From Cycas panzhihuaensis (taxonomy: Eukaryota; Plantae; Cycadophyta), in the NCBI GenBank assembly GCA_023213395.1, contig CM041465.1, forward strand, positions 211,489,741 through 211,553,740: a DNA stretch of 64,000 bases, written 5' to 3'. Numbering within the stretch: position 1 is the first letter of the stretch; each line of letters starts with the position of its first letter. A program made the position numbers and the translations under genes. The notes beneath the pieces are model-generated. The model was given only the letters and a program-made list of their open reading frames with translations. It was not told where the DNA came from and made no database searches. This document shows positions 1-11,499 of this stretch, one piece after another.

Positions 1-3000
1 CATGAAGAACTTTGATACCAAATCAGATTTAGAATTTGTTCATCTTATTATGGAAATGAACAAATTAAAAATGTAGAAGGGATGAGCTCATGAGATAATA
101 AATCTCCTTCGACTAATCAAATAGGCAATTGATAAAGATTTTAAGACCCAATGTATCACTTGGGCATTCTTGATCCAGTCATATTTATATGTTAATGATT
201 ATAAAAACTTGCTTGGAAGTCTTTAATCTAGTGGAATATTGAAGACACTCAACTTTGAAGCACTTGTTGATAAGTTCATAGAATTTGACAGGATCTTTGA
301 TATGAACTTTGTAACCTCTGACTCTCTTCCAGATGCAGCGTTTGGGATATAAGAACAAGTTTTCTACATAATAAATTAAGGTCCCTCTTATGCTAGAGGA
401 AATAACTAAGCAAGAGAAAGAGGAAGAAATATGGGAAATTGTCCACAAGGTCAACCAAACCCTTAGTCACAGCCTCGACAGTTTCAAGGGCAAGGGCTAC
501 CTCAACAAAGAGCAAGATAGTTAGGCCAAACCAGTACCTCTTTGGGCACTGGTAATTAAACTATTATGTGTGATCGGTGTAATCGTAAAGGACACTTAGC
601 AAAAGATTGTAGAACCGCCACTTATAAGTTGGCCAAGTTCCAACCAAAACATGGAGCTCACAATGTTAAAGAAACATGTGAAGAATCCTTTAGTGGTGCA
701 AGTTTTATACAAGCACATGTTCAAAGAATTGAGGGATCTTCAGTATCAAATTCTATTGACTAACCAAAGAGATACTTTGAAGCTCGATGTAGATATATCA
801 CTTGTGAATTCCCTTCACCAATACCAAGCCCTATTGGAATTGCTAATAGTGTGGCTTCAATTGATGGATAATAGACTCCAAAGTACCCTCACGCCACTAT
901 AATCATGTTATGAAGTATGATATTCAGATTCTAAAATTTGGGGTGGGGGGGGGGACAGATATAAATTACTCCAAATATTGGAAGTTGACAATAGAGCCTT
1001 GGAGGATACAAGTTGTGACTCTAAACCGATGAGTGCACATCTAAGACCATCTTTTGAACATAGCAGAGTTGATAAAGGTGAAGCCATTAAAGAAGAATCA
1101 TCCTCTCCACCTTCAATCGTCAAAGGCAAAACCATGGTAGAAGGACCATCTTTCTCAAGCACATCAACATCCTCCTCACAAAATAATCATTTTAATAAAT
1201 AAGATGAGAACCAAGAAGTTGATGAAATGAGGACTTCATTCCCAACTCGAGGATCTCGAGAAGCCTGCAAACTCAATAAGGACATACGACCAGATGAGGT
1301 GGGCAAAACTGGTACTCAAAGTACCCATAGAGCAAGGATGCAGGAATTATTATATACTGAGCTTGAACTAGTAGAACTACACCTTACTCTTAATGAAGAG
1401 CCTCTAACATACCAAGAAGTTGTAAAACATACAGTTTAGAGAAATGCTATAAATGAAGAGTACCAATCTCTTATCAAGAACAGTATATGGGAGCTCGTTG
1501 ATCTACCACTAGGTAGAAAGGTAGTTTAAAATAAATGTGTGTTTAAAAATAAATATAGATCAGATGGCACCCTTGAAAAACACAAGGCGAGGTTGGTAGC
1601 TAAAGGATTTACCTAAAGGGAAGGCATCGACTACACTGAAATCTTTGCACCTACAACCAAGTGGCCTACAATTAGAACTCTTGTGGCCTTGGCTGATCAA
1701 TAGGGTTGGAAAATCCACCAACTCGATATTAAGATTGCATTTCTTAATGGAGATCTTGAAGAAAAAATTTACATGGCTCAGCGAGAAGGATATGAGATCG
1801 AAGGTCAAGAGTATAAGGTTTACAGGCTCAGAAAGTCCTTGTACAGCCTTAACAAGCCCCTTATGCTTGGTTTACTAAGCTGTATGAAAGAATGAGGCAA
1901 CTTGGATACGAGCTTTGTGACTACCAAGATATTTATGTAACATTGTTCATCAAGCACCATAAGGATAAAGTCACTTATCTCATAATCTTTGTGGATGTCA
2001 TGCTAGTAACGGGTACTAGTGAACATGTAATAAGCTAACTGAAAAAGGACCTTAGCAAAATATTCAAATTGTCTGACCTCACTTTGATGAAATATTACTT
2101 GGGAATTTAAGTAATACAAAAGAATAGAAAAATATTCCTCTCCTAAGAAAAATACATCAACAATCTTCTAACCAAGTTTTAGTTAGAAGATGCTTGACCA
2201 GTGATGTTACCTATGGACCCTAATGCCAAACTCTCAGCTGAATGTAACACTAGGGAGGAAGACACAATACTCTATAGGAAACTTGTAGGTAGTCTCATCT
2301 ACACTACCAATACAAGGCTAGATATTGCACACTCGTGACAAAGATTCTTGCTCGTTACATGACAAATCCTAAGTAGAATCATTGGCAGGCAGCAGTGCAA
2401 GTGTTGAGATACCTTAAGACGACCAACAAATATGGTCTGTTGTATGAACTTAATTCAGACTTCAAGATTTCTGTATACATAGACTTAGACTTTATAGGAG
2501 ATAAAGATACCGTAAGATCTACGTCTGGGTATGTAACATTTCTTGAAACAACACCAATATCATGGAGATCTAGACAACAAAAGATAGTTACAGATTCAAC
2601 TGACAAAGCTTAATACATTGTTGCTTCTAAGACCAACAAGGAGGTAATATGACTTAGAAAATTATTAGAAACATTGAATATCACCTAAACAAGTCTTACC
2701 AGTCTTTATGTAGATAATCAATCAGCAATCTGCATGGCAAAAAGTCCTATATTTCACCATCATATCAAACACATAAGTACAAAAGTCCACAGGATTAGAG
2801 AACTTATTCATGATGGCATAATTCAATTGGAATACTGCCCCACAGCATATCAAGTGGATGATATCTTCATCAAACTGCTGCAAAAGGTAAAGTTTGAACA
2901 GTTCCGAAGGCAGCTCGGCCTTAGGGCCTTCATCTTCAATTGATCAATAAAAATGGCAATAGGATCATCATACTCTATTCTCTTTGTGAAAATCCCTTGT

Positions 3001-3754
3001 GGGCGTGGAATAATAAGAGTAAGTGTATGCTCTATCCTATTTATGAAAACCCCATGTGGGCATGGCAGGATAAGGGCTGTACTAGTTTTAGAAAATCGAA
3101 ACCTGTGAAAACCCAAAAGGGCATAGGGGATGACCAAATGGTATATGGAGACTTACTAGATTAAGTTGCACATCTAAGCTACTTGGTTATCAGGCTACAT
3201 CAAAGAGCCACCTTAACCATTTTTATTTATAAAAGGGGCTATAGATCTTAGAAAGTCTGTGGGTTTTTATTCCCCATGAGGGGTTTCCTAAAAAAGTGTC
3301 ATTTAGAATTTCAATATAATAATGAGGCTCAAATGAAGACCTCATAGAATAGATTTTCTCGAAAATGACCTTCCACCATTAAGGGAGGGATTGAAAGAGG
3401 TTAATGTATTAAGGTCATTTATGTAGATTAATTATATGACTTTAGGATATATTTATTAGCATTAGTTTCTTAATGAAATGCACTTTATGTGCATTTAGAT
3501 GTAATTTCATGTTCATGTCATTAGGCGGAAAAATCCTAACCCTAATGCTCACCCTCAATAATAAAATGTGAAATCTCAATGAGGGAGTTATTATTAATTC
3601 TCAACTCCAAGCTTGCTCTCATATCTTGTTTCATATATTTTTCATTCTCCATTGCCATTGTATGCATGTGAGTGATTTATTCCCTAGATCCATCCTTCCT
3701 TCAGCCTAAGGGTAGTAAGGGGATAAGGTTTTAAGAGAGATTTTAAATATGTCA
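1..3754 (+). mobile_element. Degenerate Ty1/copia LTR retrotransposon, integrase-deleted (gag zinc knuckle, protease motif, RT, RNase H, PPT, 3' LTR), copy A
   Basis: CCHC knuckle CDRCNRKGHLAKDC (~569-610) and protease-like WIIDSKVPSRH (~865-897). RT motifs EEPLTYQE and KYRSDGTLEKHKARLVAKGF (~1395-1615). RNase H motifs DLDFIGDKDTVRSTSGY, ISWRSRQQ, DNQSAI and IQLEYCPT. PPT aagggaggga at 3381-3390, then TG at 3392. The LTR 3' end is approximate. Confidence 0.92.
3381..3390 (+). promoter_or_regulatory. Polypurine tract of the copia element (copy B at 21044-21053)
   Basis: aagggaggga, followed after one base by TG (tgaaagagg), about 440 bp after the RNase H stop. Confidence 0.75.
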
Positions 3755-3849
3755 TAAAGCTCATCCATTTCTTTATTATAAAATAGGGTCCTATTATTTG
3801 TGACTAAGGTGTCAAGGATTCTAAGTCTACAAATGATATGTTAGAAAAT

Positions 3850-6020
3850 AAAGTTAGTGCTAGTCTTTCTTATCATAAGGGAAAGGGGAATTGCCTTGTC
3901 CCACTTCATAAAGTATTATATTGTGGTTAGAATAAGCTTATGTTGGGCCAAAGATGGGGGCGTTATATCCCCAATGAGATTCATAACCCATTAGGAGAAT
4001 GGCCATGGTAACATTATGGTATGTAACACTTTAGAAGGTTAGTGAATGATGTTGCAGTGCTCTTGACACTTCCAACACCATTGCACATAATCATGAACAT
4101 CTTTATTCAATGTAGGCTAATAGAATCCCATGCGTAAGATCCTTTTAGCCATGGATTAGCCTCCAAAATGGCATCCATAAATGCTATCATGGAACTCGTA
4201 TAGGACTTGGTTTGTTTTATTAGGATTGACATATTTGACAAGGATTCCTTTAAAAGATCTCTTATAGAACATGTCCTCTATGAGGAAGTATTGCCAAATA
4301 GTTTCCCTCATATGTAACTTTACCTTCTCCCTTACATCTTGAGGGTACTTCTGTTGGGTCAAATATAGGATAATGTCACCATACCATGTGTCATTAATCG
4401 ACCTTTTTCCTTTAGTTTAGTTGAGAGTGAAGATAATTTCGTCTAATAAAGAGTCATCTATTGGGACATTGGAAGAGTTTAGAAGGGGTGCATGAGCAAG
4501 TTACTTAGAAACCACCATTTCTTTCCTATAGATTTTTAGTTGATAATTTTGAGGTTGCACTCTTGTAGGAGGATGGTTCTTTTTCTAGTTCACCCTATCA
4601 AATCTAACCTCGTCATGAGATAATAAAGTAGGTCTAATTAGATGATGCCTTAATTTGTTAATGGTATATGCTACGGCCATACATTCCTTCTTAGTGGGGG
4701 AATAGTTAACTTTCACTGTAATGAGTGTCTGACTTATGAAGTAGATGACTCTTTTAATTTTTAAGTCATCGTCTTAGCCGAGCATAATGCCGATGGACTC
4801 TTCTGTTGCTGACATGTATAGGATAAATGGTTGGTCAAACATAGGCAGGGTCAAAATGGGAGTAGAGATGAGAGCCTGTTTGAGTTCTTAAAAGGCCTCT
4901 TAGGTTTTGGGGGACCAAATGAATGGGGTTCCCTACTTTAAGAGGTTTGTTAGTGGCTTTGCATTCAAAGTGAAGTCTGCAAAGAATCTTCTTAGTTATC
5001 CAAGCCTTTTCAAAAGTGGCTTGATTTACTTTTGGATTTTTGGTGGATGCATCTCTATTATGGCTTTAACCTTATTAAGATCAACTTGGATCCCTTGTTG
5101 TGATACTTAAAATCCCAATAGATTTTTAGTCATGATGATGAACACATATTTAAGTGGGTTAAGGCTAACATGATATTTCTAACATCTAAGGAAGATCTTC
5201 CTCAAGCTAGTGGGGTGGTTGACTCTCTCACATGAGAGACCCATCAAGTCATCCATGAAGATCTCAAAGATTCTATTAATAAGGTCATCGAAGATGAAAT
5301 GCCTGGCTCATTGGTAAGTAATGCAATCATTTTTTAGGCTAAAGGGCATCTCCTTATAGGCAAATGTCCCCAGGGAGTAGTGAGAGCTATTTTGTGGTGG
5401 TTCTCAAATGAGATTTAAATTTGATTATACCCCAAGAAACCATCCATGAAGGATATGACCTCAAATCTGGCAATCTTATCAATGATTTGGTCAATAAATG
5501 GGAGTAGAAAATTATCTTTAGGGTAGGTATTATTTATGTCACTAAAGTCTATATAAATACAAGTTATCCCATTCTTTTTGTCAACTAGCATGATGTTAGA
5601 TACCCACTTTGGGTAACCTATAGATGTAATAAAATTTGGTACTATATAGCTTTGCCACTTCTATTTTCATAGTGGCTAATAGTTTGGGATATAAAGGCCT
5701 TTATTTTTGTCAGATGGATCTAGCTCTAAGGATGGTTTTTAAGATGTGAGTGATAATATCAGGGTTAATCCCCTTCATTCCTATGTAATCCCATACAAAT
5801 ACATCTCAAAACTCATGTAGGAGCTTTGTATACTCCCTAACTTCATGGGGGGAGTACTTAGTGTCAATCTCGATGATGTTATCTAAAACAAGGATAATAT
5901 CGCTTATTGCTCCAACATATAAAACATTCCCCTCTTCGAAATAAGGAGGGACCTTATTTATTTGGGGATTAGGAGAAATGTCAATCATATTGGGGTTGGC
6001 TAGAGGGAGACTGGGTACCT
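3850..6020 (-). mobile_element. Degenerate Ty3/gypsy pol (RT, RNase H, integrase zinc finger), Tat/Ogre-like, copy A
   Basis: The paralogous ORF 23065-23319 reads PKWVSNIMLVDKKNG...KDNFLLPFTDQIID...SFMDGFLGYNQI, a non-chromovirus gypsy RT. ORF 4156-4362 ends HDSIYGCHFGG (integrase HHCC region). Domain order is RT-RH-INT. Confidence 0.9.
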
Positions 6021-6045
6021 AAAAAGTACTAAAGTTAACATTTAT

Positions 6046-6047
<2 letters not shown>

Positions 6048-6128
<81 letters not shown>
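6048..6128. repeat. (TA)n microsatellite, ~81 bp (29 bp in copy B, 23697-23725)
   Basis: Pure AT dinucleotide run. Confidence 0.97.
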
Positions 6129-6129
<1 letters not shown>

Positions 6130-6131
<2 letters not shown>

Positions 6132-6752
6132 GAATATATTATAATAATTTAGGCCTTAACTAATGCACTACAAATTTAATTAGAAATTATCTTACTATTT
6201 CCTAACTCTTGGTTAGTTATTTACTAGTTTACATAGGTTTGCCATGTTTATTAATCTTAGTTTAATACCCTTATAAATATAACTAGGTCCCTATTGGCCA
6301 AATTTTCTTTTGTTTTAATTCAACATATTCCCTACAAATAAACCATTGAAGCCAACTAGCTAGTCATACACATTCCCAAGCATCACCTATGGTAAAATTT
6401 CTCTATTTTTAAGGCTTTTGTGCCTATAACAAAGTCTAGGCTTTCAAGTTAGTCTCCATCTCATGCAACGTTACTTTGAGACATAGCCACTAACAAAGAT
6501 AATGTTATAAACCTCCTTAAATCTAATTATTTAATCATTAAGTGAATAGGTTCCTTTGAATAGTTACAACCATTTATGAAAGGGCCCTATTATATACATA
6601 TAAATATACCCTCTACTATAACATTAGACATTACTTGTTTTATTAATCAACTTATTGGTCTATTTTGACTATTCAATATTTCAAGTATACTTGTGTAATA
6701 TTGGTTGTCCTCTCAAGTTATAGAGAAGGTCTATAACAAGTGGTATTAGAAC
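6130..6752 (+). mobile_element. Putative decayed LTR followed by a tRNA-iMet primer-binding site (copy B ~23727-24348)
   Basis: TATA-like tatatacatataaata at ~6590. The segment ends ...ctataaca and is followed by ag-tggtattaga (copy B tggtattagag), a C>T-decayed TGGTATCAGAGC. Confidence 0.45.
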
Positions 6753-9700
6753 AATATCATAATATATTTAAAATAAATTAACCTCCCCATTGAGGAATTT
6801 GTTTAAAGAAATTTAGGGTGCTTTTCAAACACTCTACATTCATTCGTAGCTCCTTTAAACCAAATCATCATCTTTCAACCACTTCCTTCTACTTTGTAAG
6901 ATTAACTCATCAAAATAAATAAATAATAATCTATGCTAACTATGACACTCCATAATCATTTAACTTAGCAACCATTCAATGTACCCTTTTCATTGTAATA
7001 CCTCCCCACATAAGACTTGATCATTTTTGTATTATCATTTTTTGTGCTTTCTCCATCATTATCTATTCTTCTACCTCTCATTATCTATTTTCTTGTATTA
7101 GCTATAATATTAATGTCAATGAATATGCCATAAATTTGTGTGATAATATTTATCTATGTAGAATACAAATTAAGTTGTAATTAAATTAAATTATTGATCA
7201 TAAATGCTTTACCATTGCCCACTATTGTATTTATATTACATTGGTGTGGTGTATATACTACTTAGGTCCACAAAACATCTTAGGGAAATTTACCAAAAAT
7301 ATACATACATTAGTACAACCTACCATATTTATTATTACATTAATTACATAAGGTCAATTATTATCCACCTTTACATAATTGTTTAATGCATCATTATATA
7401 AACCGTCATCTCCATCATTTGGTCTTTGGCACTGGTTATTTAGGAATTAGTCTAGTTAGAATACCTTTGAATAACTTTATGTTTCCTATGTTTTTATTGA
7501 ATATTAGAAAATAAGTCAATCTATAAGAACCCTACAACCAACTTTGTCAAACTGTTAAGGAGGAGTCTCTACTTGGTTATGTTGTATAGTTAAAGATGAT
7601 TTGAAAGAGGCTAGGATATGTGAACAAAACCTAGTAAAAGAATATGTTAGCCTACATAATGAAGTATAGGAGATCTAAGTTTAGAGTTATACTAACAATG
7701 TTCTTTATTTTGTTTTCTTGTTTATTGCTATCCCTTTCCTTTATACTTTTTAATGTTTTAGGTTTATTCAACTATAGGAAAGATCAAAGTAATCAAATCC
7801 AAGATCATACACTTGTAAAAATAATCAAGATACTAATGGATCGAAGGTAGATTACTCTTCAAACTTAATAAAAAAGGAAGGAATGACATCCACTTTTTTT
7901 TTTTTTTTTTTAAGAAAAGGAATCTTACCTAAAACAAAGATAAAACTACCTTCATGAACTTTAAACAAACTTGTACTTCAAATGAAAAAGTAATACTTAC
8001 AAAAGAAGCCACTCATAAATACCTAGAGAATGAAGCATGAGATGGTATGAGGTTCCTTTTAAGTTCTTTCCACTTGAATGTATAACACTTTATGAATTCT
8101 TATAACTTTTAACAATAGAAAAACTTCAAATAAAGGGAGTAAACTAAAAACTATAATATGCAAGATAAATTCTTAACATGCAAGGTCAAAACTCATCAAA
8201 GTATCTTATAAGAGATGCCATACATGATGTAAATCCAATAAATAATCATGAATATAATACATGTAATTGATTTGAGAAACTAGGTTAAGAGCAAAGAAAG
8301 ATTTCATGATAGTTTTAACAAAATGTAACCATAAAAAATTATGAATTCAATGTATCTCCTAAGAAAGCAAAAAGTAAATATTATCATAGAAAGTTTATTC
8401 ATTTTACTTTTTTTTTACCAAACATCTTGGAAGTACACCTTTGGGGGGCCACTAAGGATGAGGATATCTAATCCATCACCTTAACTATAAAAAGGGCTTT
8501 AGGGTCTTCAAGAGAAGGTATAGGTCACCCGCAAAGGGCATCCATGCATTAGAATGTAGGTTTACAGACCCGTAAATAGCACACAAGACCTTTCTTTTTT
8601 ATAGGCACCTGATCTAGGTTGGTCAAGGGCATCCTCAATTTACTGAGTAGCCTAGGAGAGGACTCTCTTATCCTAATGGTAAAAGGAAGCAGAGAAAAGG
8701 AACTCTTCCAAGGAAGAGGTGAAGGAGAAAGGATAGGCCCTAATGAGGTAGGAACTTATGGAATAAATAAAGGAAGTGACTGGTTGAGAGGTGAAAAGGG
8801 GATTTGGTATATGTGGGCATCAAACCCAAAAGGTGAGGCTATTAGAAATTTGTATTTGACGTAACCTAAAGGGTATACCTTTAGGGTTTGAGCTAAGTGT
8901 GAGGGTTTCCCAACAATATTAAGAGTTTAAATGGCATCTTTTGTCTCAGTTATGGGATGAAATGGCGTAAAGATCCAAAATATTGATCCTAAATGAATGT
9001 AAACCAATAAGAACACTCTCTCTATCCTATCTTAACTCTCTTTTCCTTTATTCAAAGTAGATTGATCTAAAGGAAAATAGAGGGTGTAAGGAAGAGAAAG
9101 AAGACAAGTGATCCATGCAATCTTTCCTAGAGATGCAAGAAAGAAGAGTAATGTTCCTAACCAAATCACGCTTTCTTACTCTACCCCTATACTTGTGCAT
9201 GTATGCAGAATGCAAAGGGGGTGTTATAAGGAGAAGGGGTACTTTGGTTTCTTTCCTAGGAAGAAGGAAGGGAATATACTTATTCAAATTATTTTCTTAT
9301 GTCCGTGCAAACTGAGAAAGAAGAGTAAGATCTTTGTGCGTTTGTACAGGATGAAGATGTAAGTATGAGTATAATCCTTTTACGTTTCCTTTTCATGAAT
9401 GCTAATATACATGGGGATAATCATGACTTTCATGCAAGCATGAGCAAGTTTCTTTTAGGGAAGAAGGGGGAGAAACCAAGGAAGGAAGAGGGAGAGAAGA
9501 GTGGAGGGAGTGCACCTAGGAGAAAACTGGTTGGTGAAGCACCACTCTCTTCTTTTTGCATTCCCTTCACCCATTGCATCGTGCTCCAGGTTGTGGTGGA
9601 TGTTGTGGATGAAGCTATGAGTGGGGCTCCCTTACCTTCCCCAAGTATATTATGAAAAGACAAGAAACTTAAAAGGAAGATTCAAAGGAACATAAATGCA

Positions 9701-10079
9701 AAAAGATGAGCATGCCTCTTGGATACCACACAACCCTGCTTACTTGAGAAGAGTTGTATTTCCCGTATGAACAAAACCCTTCAACAACAAATAAGCACAT
9801 AAGTATATGTGCCTTACCAAAGTGGAGTTAAAGTTTGCTTAATATCTTGAAAGAAAATAATAAGATGATGCACAACTTTCCCTATGTACAATGACATTTC
9901 ATAGAACTTCTTGGGAAAAGAGCGGGGTTTGAGAGTGAAGAAGAGAGTAGCCTCAAAATGGCTAGCTCCCTTAAGTGGACCACCTCCTATGTGCTCAGAT
10001 ACTGCATGAGCGAGTTAGACAAAGATAAAAAACTTAGAGTAATTAAAAACTAAAATAACTTACAAGAAGTACCAAATAT

Positions 10080-10760
10080 TACAAAAGTTGTGAAAGTTAT
10101 AAATGCCACCATTATACACCAACCTTCTAAGGCATTCCATGTTATATTATTGCCATGGCCATTTTCTCACTAAACCCTACCCTCATTGGGGCTATAACTC
10201 CACATTCCTTAGCCCAACACAAATTTATTCTAATGGCAATAAAGTATTTTACCAAATAGGTTGAGGCTATCTCTTTATCCTCCATGATGGGCAAAACAAT
10301 CACTACTTTTATCTTTCAATACATTATTTGCCACTTCAAAGTCCCTGACATCCTCATTACAGATAATAGAACCTCTTTTTATAATAAAGAGATGGATGAG
10401 CTTTGTGAGAAATTTAAAATTTCTTACAAAACTTCATCTCGCTATTATCCTCAAGCCAATGACGAGACCAAGACCTTGATCAATATTCTGAAGAAGACCA
10501 TTGCCCAATCCTAATAGGATTATCACCTGTAACTTCACCTAGCCTTGTGGGCCTACTGTACATCCAACGAGACATCCATAAGTATGATTCTAGTCTCCCT
10601 AGTTTATGGATCAGAAGTGGTGCTACTCCTTAAAGTTAAAATCCCTTCTTTAAGGGTTTCACTAAAAGATTTTATAGACAACGGCGCAATGTCAAGCTCG
10701 TCTGCTTGACTTTGAGGCACTAGATGAAAAATGCCTCGTCGCATATCAAGCTAGCCTTGT
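10080..10760 (+). mobile_element. Degenerate Ty3/gypsy integrase core, Tat/Ogre-like, copy A
   Basis: Motifs PWPF, YFTK*VEAI, IICHFKVPDILITDNRTSF, SSRYYPQAN, LWAYCTS and LVYGSEVVL. Confidence 0.9.
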
Positions 10761-11241
10761 GTCTAAGTCTAAAGCCTAAAATAAGCCTAAATTGGGTATC
10801 ATGACCATATAATCTAAAACCATAAGGGGGCATGGCATTGAAGTATTCCCATTCCTTTCCCTTACTCCAAAATAAGCCTAAATTATCCTCATCTTAAAGG
10901 TTGTCACCTCTTCAGAAGGTGCCTCACTAAGGTCCATCTCCTACCATTCTTGGAGGGTGACAAAATCAACCCCATAATAGGGCCATAGGAGTCCTCCATG
11001 AGTATAAACTAGTAGACAAATGTATGATGTCATTTCATGTGGATAGTGTGTATATGTGAGTTATGATGTTACACATATATGTGTGAGCTACGATGCCATG
11101 AATAAGAATAAATGTCAAGTCAAACATGCATAAAAATAAGCACATACACACATAAGAATGATGAAACATATAAGATATATCCACAAAACAAGTACACAAG
11201 GGATACAAAAGTATGGTGGGGTAACAATTGGACCTCACAAG

Positions 11242-11257
11242 TATATATATCTATATC

Positions 11258-11325
<68 letters not shown>
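11242..11325. repeat. Compound (TA)n(GA)n microsatellite (copy B 28844-28922)
   Basis: A TA run directly followed by an AG run. Confidence 0.97.
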
Positions 11326-11327
<2 letters not shown>

Positions 11328-11499
11328 CATATATGTATACATAAAAATGAAGTACAATATGGATAAGGATACTATATCCCATGAGGATGTTGGGATCCTT
11401 GTAGGGGTATACAACCATATATACAAACTTTGTACCCTTGGAAGTCTAGCTTTCCTCTACAAAATATAAAATGTAATCATCCTCCCATGCCCTCAAGGG

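Noticed and set aside
6540-6660. Possible gypsy integrase GPY/F motif (IGSFE...)
   Set aside because: The match is weak, and the segment is better explained as an LTR ending at CA followed by a PBS.
8619-9663. Several overlapping short ORFs conserved in both duplicate copies
   Set aside because: Their conservation only reflects the recent duplication. I could not recognise any protein family, so the region is left unassigned as a probable TE fragment.
11035-11469. ORFs containing IYIYIY/RERERE runs (also 28638-29066)
   Set aside because: They are translations of the (TA)n(GA)n microsatellite, not genes.
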